A stretch of 64,000 nt of DNA from Octopus sinensis (Eukaryota). Below the pieces are notes generated by a model, which saw nothing but the letters and a program-made list of their open reading frames with translations, searched no databases and was not told the origin of the DNA. The position numbers and the translations under genes are program-made. Below are positions 61,118-64,000 of the stretch, one piece after another; positions within the stretch are counted from its first letter, which is position 1, and each line of letters opens with the position of its first letter. The stretch spans positions 82,336,001 to 82,400,000 of the forward strand of contig NC_042997.1 of the NCBI RefSeq assembly GCF_006345805.1, in the 5' to 3' direction.

Positions 61118-62413
61118 CGAGGGGCATTCAATAAGTAATGCCCCTGACCCACTTCCCATAGCAGTAGAGTAACGAAACTTGGCACAGTTATTAGTCTTTT
61201 TCTACATAAGAACCAGCCAGAGTCACGCATTTCTCCCATTGTTTGATGCAGCTCTGGAGACCGTTTTTGTAGAAGACCCCAGCTTGGTCTTCCAACCTGA
61301 ATGTGACTTCAGAAATCAAGGCTGCATCATCTGGGAAACGCTTTCCTTTCAAAAACAACTTCATGACTGGGAAGAGGTGAAAATCAGAGGGTGCAAGGTC
61401 AGGAAAGTAGGGAGATGGGGAGGAGTTCATAGCCATACGCCTGTGCTTCTGATCTGGCGACAAGCGAGTTGTGGACCGGAGCGTTGTCCTGCAGGAGGAG
61501 GATGCCTTTGCTGATCTTGCCCTGCCTCTTGATTTTGATAACTTCTCTTAATTTCCTCAAAAGTGAAGCATAATAGGCTCCTGCAATTGTGGTACCCTTT
61601 GCCAAGAAATCTATCATCACTACTCCGTCCTGGTCCCAGAAGACTGTGAGCATGACCTTGCCAGCAGAGGGCTGCACCCTTGCCTTCTTTGGAGGGGGTG
61701 AGTCACGGTGCTTCCACTGCATTGACTGGGCTTTGGTCTCTGGATCATCGTGATGGACCCAGGTTTCATCCTGTGTAATCAGTCTTTTGAAAAATTTTGA
61801 CTTATCTTCTTGGCACATCTCCAAATTCACCCTCGAGCACTCGACGTGTTCTTGCTTCTGGAAAGGCGTGAGCAACCTGGGAATCCATCTGGCAGACACC
61901 TTTTGCATATGCAAATAGTCATGAATGATAGTTTCCACAGACCCGGTACTAATCTTGACCTCATGGGCTATTTGGCGAATAATTATGCGTCGATCTTCCA
62001 AACATGGCAGCCTCAACTTGACGGACAGATGCCTCATCAATGGCAGAAGGGGGGGGGGCGACCAGATCTGGGAGGTGTTTCCACAGAGTTCCAACCATGT
62101 TTGAATTCACGATGCCACCGTTTTACAAGGTCATATGATGGGGCATCATCACCATTAGTTACTTTCATTTCATCAAAAGTCTCCCGTGGTGTGCGTCCTT
62201 TCAAATACAAAAACTGGATCACTGCTCGACACTCAACAGGCTCCATTTCACACTTGACTCGGTTCAAACACCTGTAAATCAGAAACCACAATTAATTCAG
62301 AGCTGTAATTTGCCACTTACTCTATAGAGATATAAATGATTGCACATGCAAAATTTCAGCTAGATCAAACAACTGCAAGTGGGTCAGAGGCATTACTTAT
62401 TGAACGTCCCTCG
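61118..62413 (-). mobile_element. Full-length mariner (DD34D, irritans/Hsmar2-like) with two frameshifts
   Basis: ~37-bp TIRs CGAGGG.C.TTCAATAAGTAATGCC.CTGACCCACTT with TA flanks. The transposase runs from ATG 62246 (MEPVECRAVIQFL) through WIPRLL, ITQDETW, LLQDNAPVH and PDLAPSDFHLF to 61191, split over three frames. Confidence 0.95.
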
Positions 62414-63383
62414 TATTTGCATGCGCCACTAGAGGATACATCACTATCACCATTTCACAGGTTCACACCATGACTCTAGATCAGAGCAACCTTACAGAGA
62501 AGAGGTTTCCAGGTAGAAGATGAGGTATTTTCCTTTCTGTTTGCAGGTTTCTTTCAGAGCCAAAGTATTAGAGAACACCACATACTGAGAAGTAGTCAGA
62601 AGAATGACTGCACACGTTCAAGTATCATGTTATGAGTTTGAAGACACATTAGGTATTGTTAGAGATGTCCAGAAAATACTAATGGAAGTTGTCTGCAACT
62701 CAGTCATCTTTGTATAATGCATCACGGAATCTGGAAGCTTTTCAGCATATCATGACGGTGAAGGTGTAGCCAAAGTAGCTAATAATGTTGACTGTATATT
62801 CGGTAGTAACATATTGAGATTGGGGGTATCCTTTAAAGGAAAGGATGGGAATGGAGGATCAGGAAAGATAGTAGTAACTACTGGGAGTCAACTGGAAAAA
62901 CAAACCAACAAAGGGAATCAATCAGTCACTTGAATTGCAAGAGATAACTGAATCTCCCCCAACCTGCTTAAAAGAGAAGTATATACCATATAATATAAAC
63001 TTAGATATACTGTGTAAAAAAATGACAGGACGATTGTAACATGATGATTCAATTTAATATTTAGAACACCTATGTCCCTTTGTGTGTGCCTTAAAAAAGA
63101 ACATCACATGATTCAAGATTTAAAAAAAAGGTAAACAAGATGGCAAAGTAAAGTAACATGTTTAAAAATCTGTCTGCTTCATTTGTATATAACAACATAT
63201 CATTGGTCATAGTTGAAACATTTTTCATTTTAGGTTTGCTACATCAGGGTGACCTGTGGCTAAACAATTAAAGAAGAGCCTTGTAACTTGGAATTGACCT
63301 GCTCTCACTTTTCAGAAAGAAAATGAACATCCATCCATCCATACATACCACACATTATGTACATATCAGTTTCTATTTGCGAT

Positions 63384-63535
63384 TTACAAAAACAAGATTT
63401 CCCTGTTGCATTTTCTTTCTTCTTTATAATTATTTTCATTTTCATTCCTATTAGTTTTAACTGGTATTACTAAAGGCTTCCATGGTACTGGGTTGAAAAA
63501 AGTTGAAGGTGGACAAGCATTCTTGTTAGTGTATC
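63384..63535 (-). other. Candidate terminal exon of an unidentified minus-strand gene
   Basis: A strong acceptor TTTTTGTTTTTTCTATTTCTTTGCAG is followed by a 50-codon open frame, (G)YTNKNACPPSTFFNPVPWKPLVIPVK...ILFL*. No homology was recognised. Confidence 0.3.
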
Positions 63536-63904
63536 CTGCAAAGAAATAGAAAAAACAAAAATGTTTCACTATTTTTGATATAAACCCAACATTAAGATAT
63601 TTCAACATTAAGTATTCAAACTTTGAAACTGCTTCAAGATTTCTTATTGTACACACTACAGATATGCTCAACAAGTTCTTTTGTATTTGCAATTTGCCTC
63701 TGGCCTTGAAAATCTTTTCACTCCTTATGGTTTAAAGTAAAGATGTCCTATTTCTTTTGATTAAAATAGCTAGCTGTTTTTCTTCTCCAACTAAAAGTGA
63801 AATTTCAGTTAAAAATTTATTTTTGCTTTCTGCACTTAGTACATGACCCATCTGACTCATTCAAATTCATGTCAATGACCCATTTAAGTGATTTTCCTTC
63901 ATTC

Positions 63905-63938
<34 letters not shown>

Positions 63939-64000
63939 CCAGTATGGAAAATGAATGTTAAATGATGATGATGATAGGTTAGCCAAAATGTCTATTCAGT

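Noticed and set aside
60300-62900. Old CR1/L2-like LINE interrupted by the mariner
   Set aside because: Only vague motif-like traces on either side of the mariner; too decayed to support a call without a profile search.

Overview
AT-rich, repeat-dominated eukaryotic (animal) DNA. The SINE/RTE/microsatellite content suggests an octopod cephalopod, but that is inference from recalled repeat families, not a database result. The only clear host genes are two tandem phospholipid scramblase (PLSCR) paralogues on the minus strand whose CDSs have no introns (12206-13057 and 17389-18420). They are separated by a patchwork of inverted and direct repeats. Almost everything else is mobile DNA: a Chapaev3-like transposase relic, two Ty3/gypsy derivatives, several RTE LINE copies, four mariner relics, a Helitron RepHel relic, several non-autonomous Helitron-like elements, tRNA-derived SINEs and Penelope-like (PLE) terminal fragments. 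The most unusual observations are four. (1) Six minimal hammerhead-ribozyme-like motifs; one pair lies in a tRNA-headed SINE-like element present as a head-to-head inverted pair, and another pair lies in ~300-bp inverted repeats. (2) A gypsy derivative whose 5' LTR position holds a 177-bp loop-less palindrome, followed by a tRNA-Leu PBS and a stop-free 529-codon gag-pol relic. (3) An ORF1-only ('half-LINE') element whose 3' tail is shared with a local SINE family. (4) The diverging scramblase pair. No CRISPR array, rRNA or true tRNA gene was found. All alignments and folds were done by eye.
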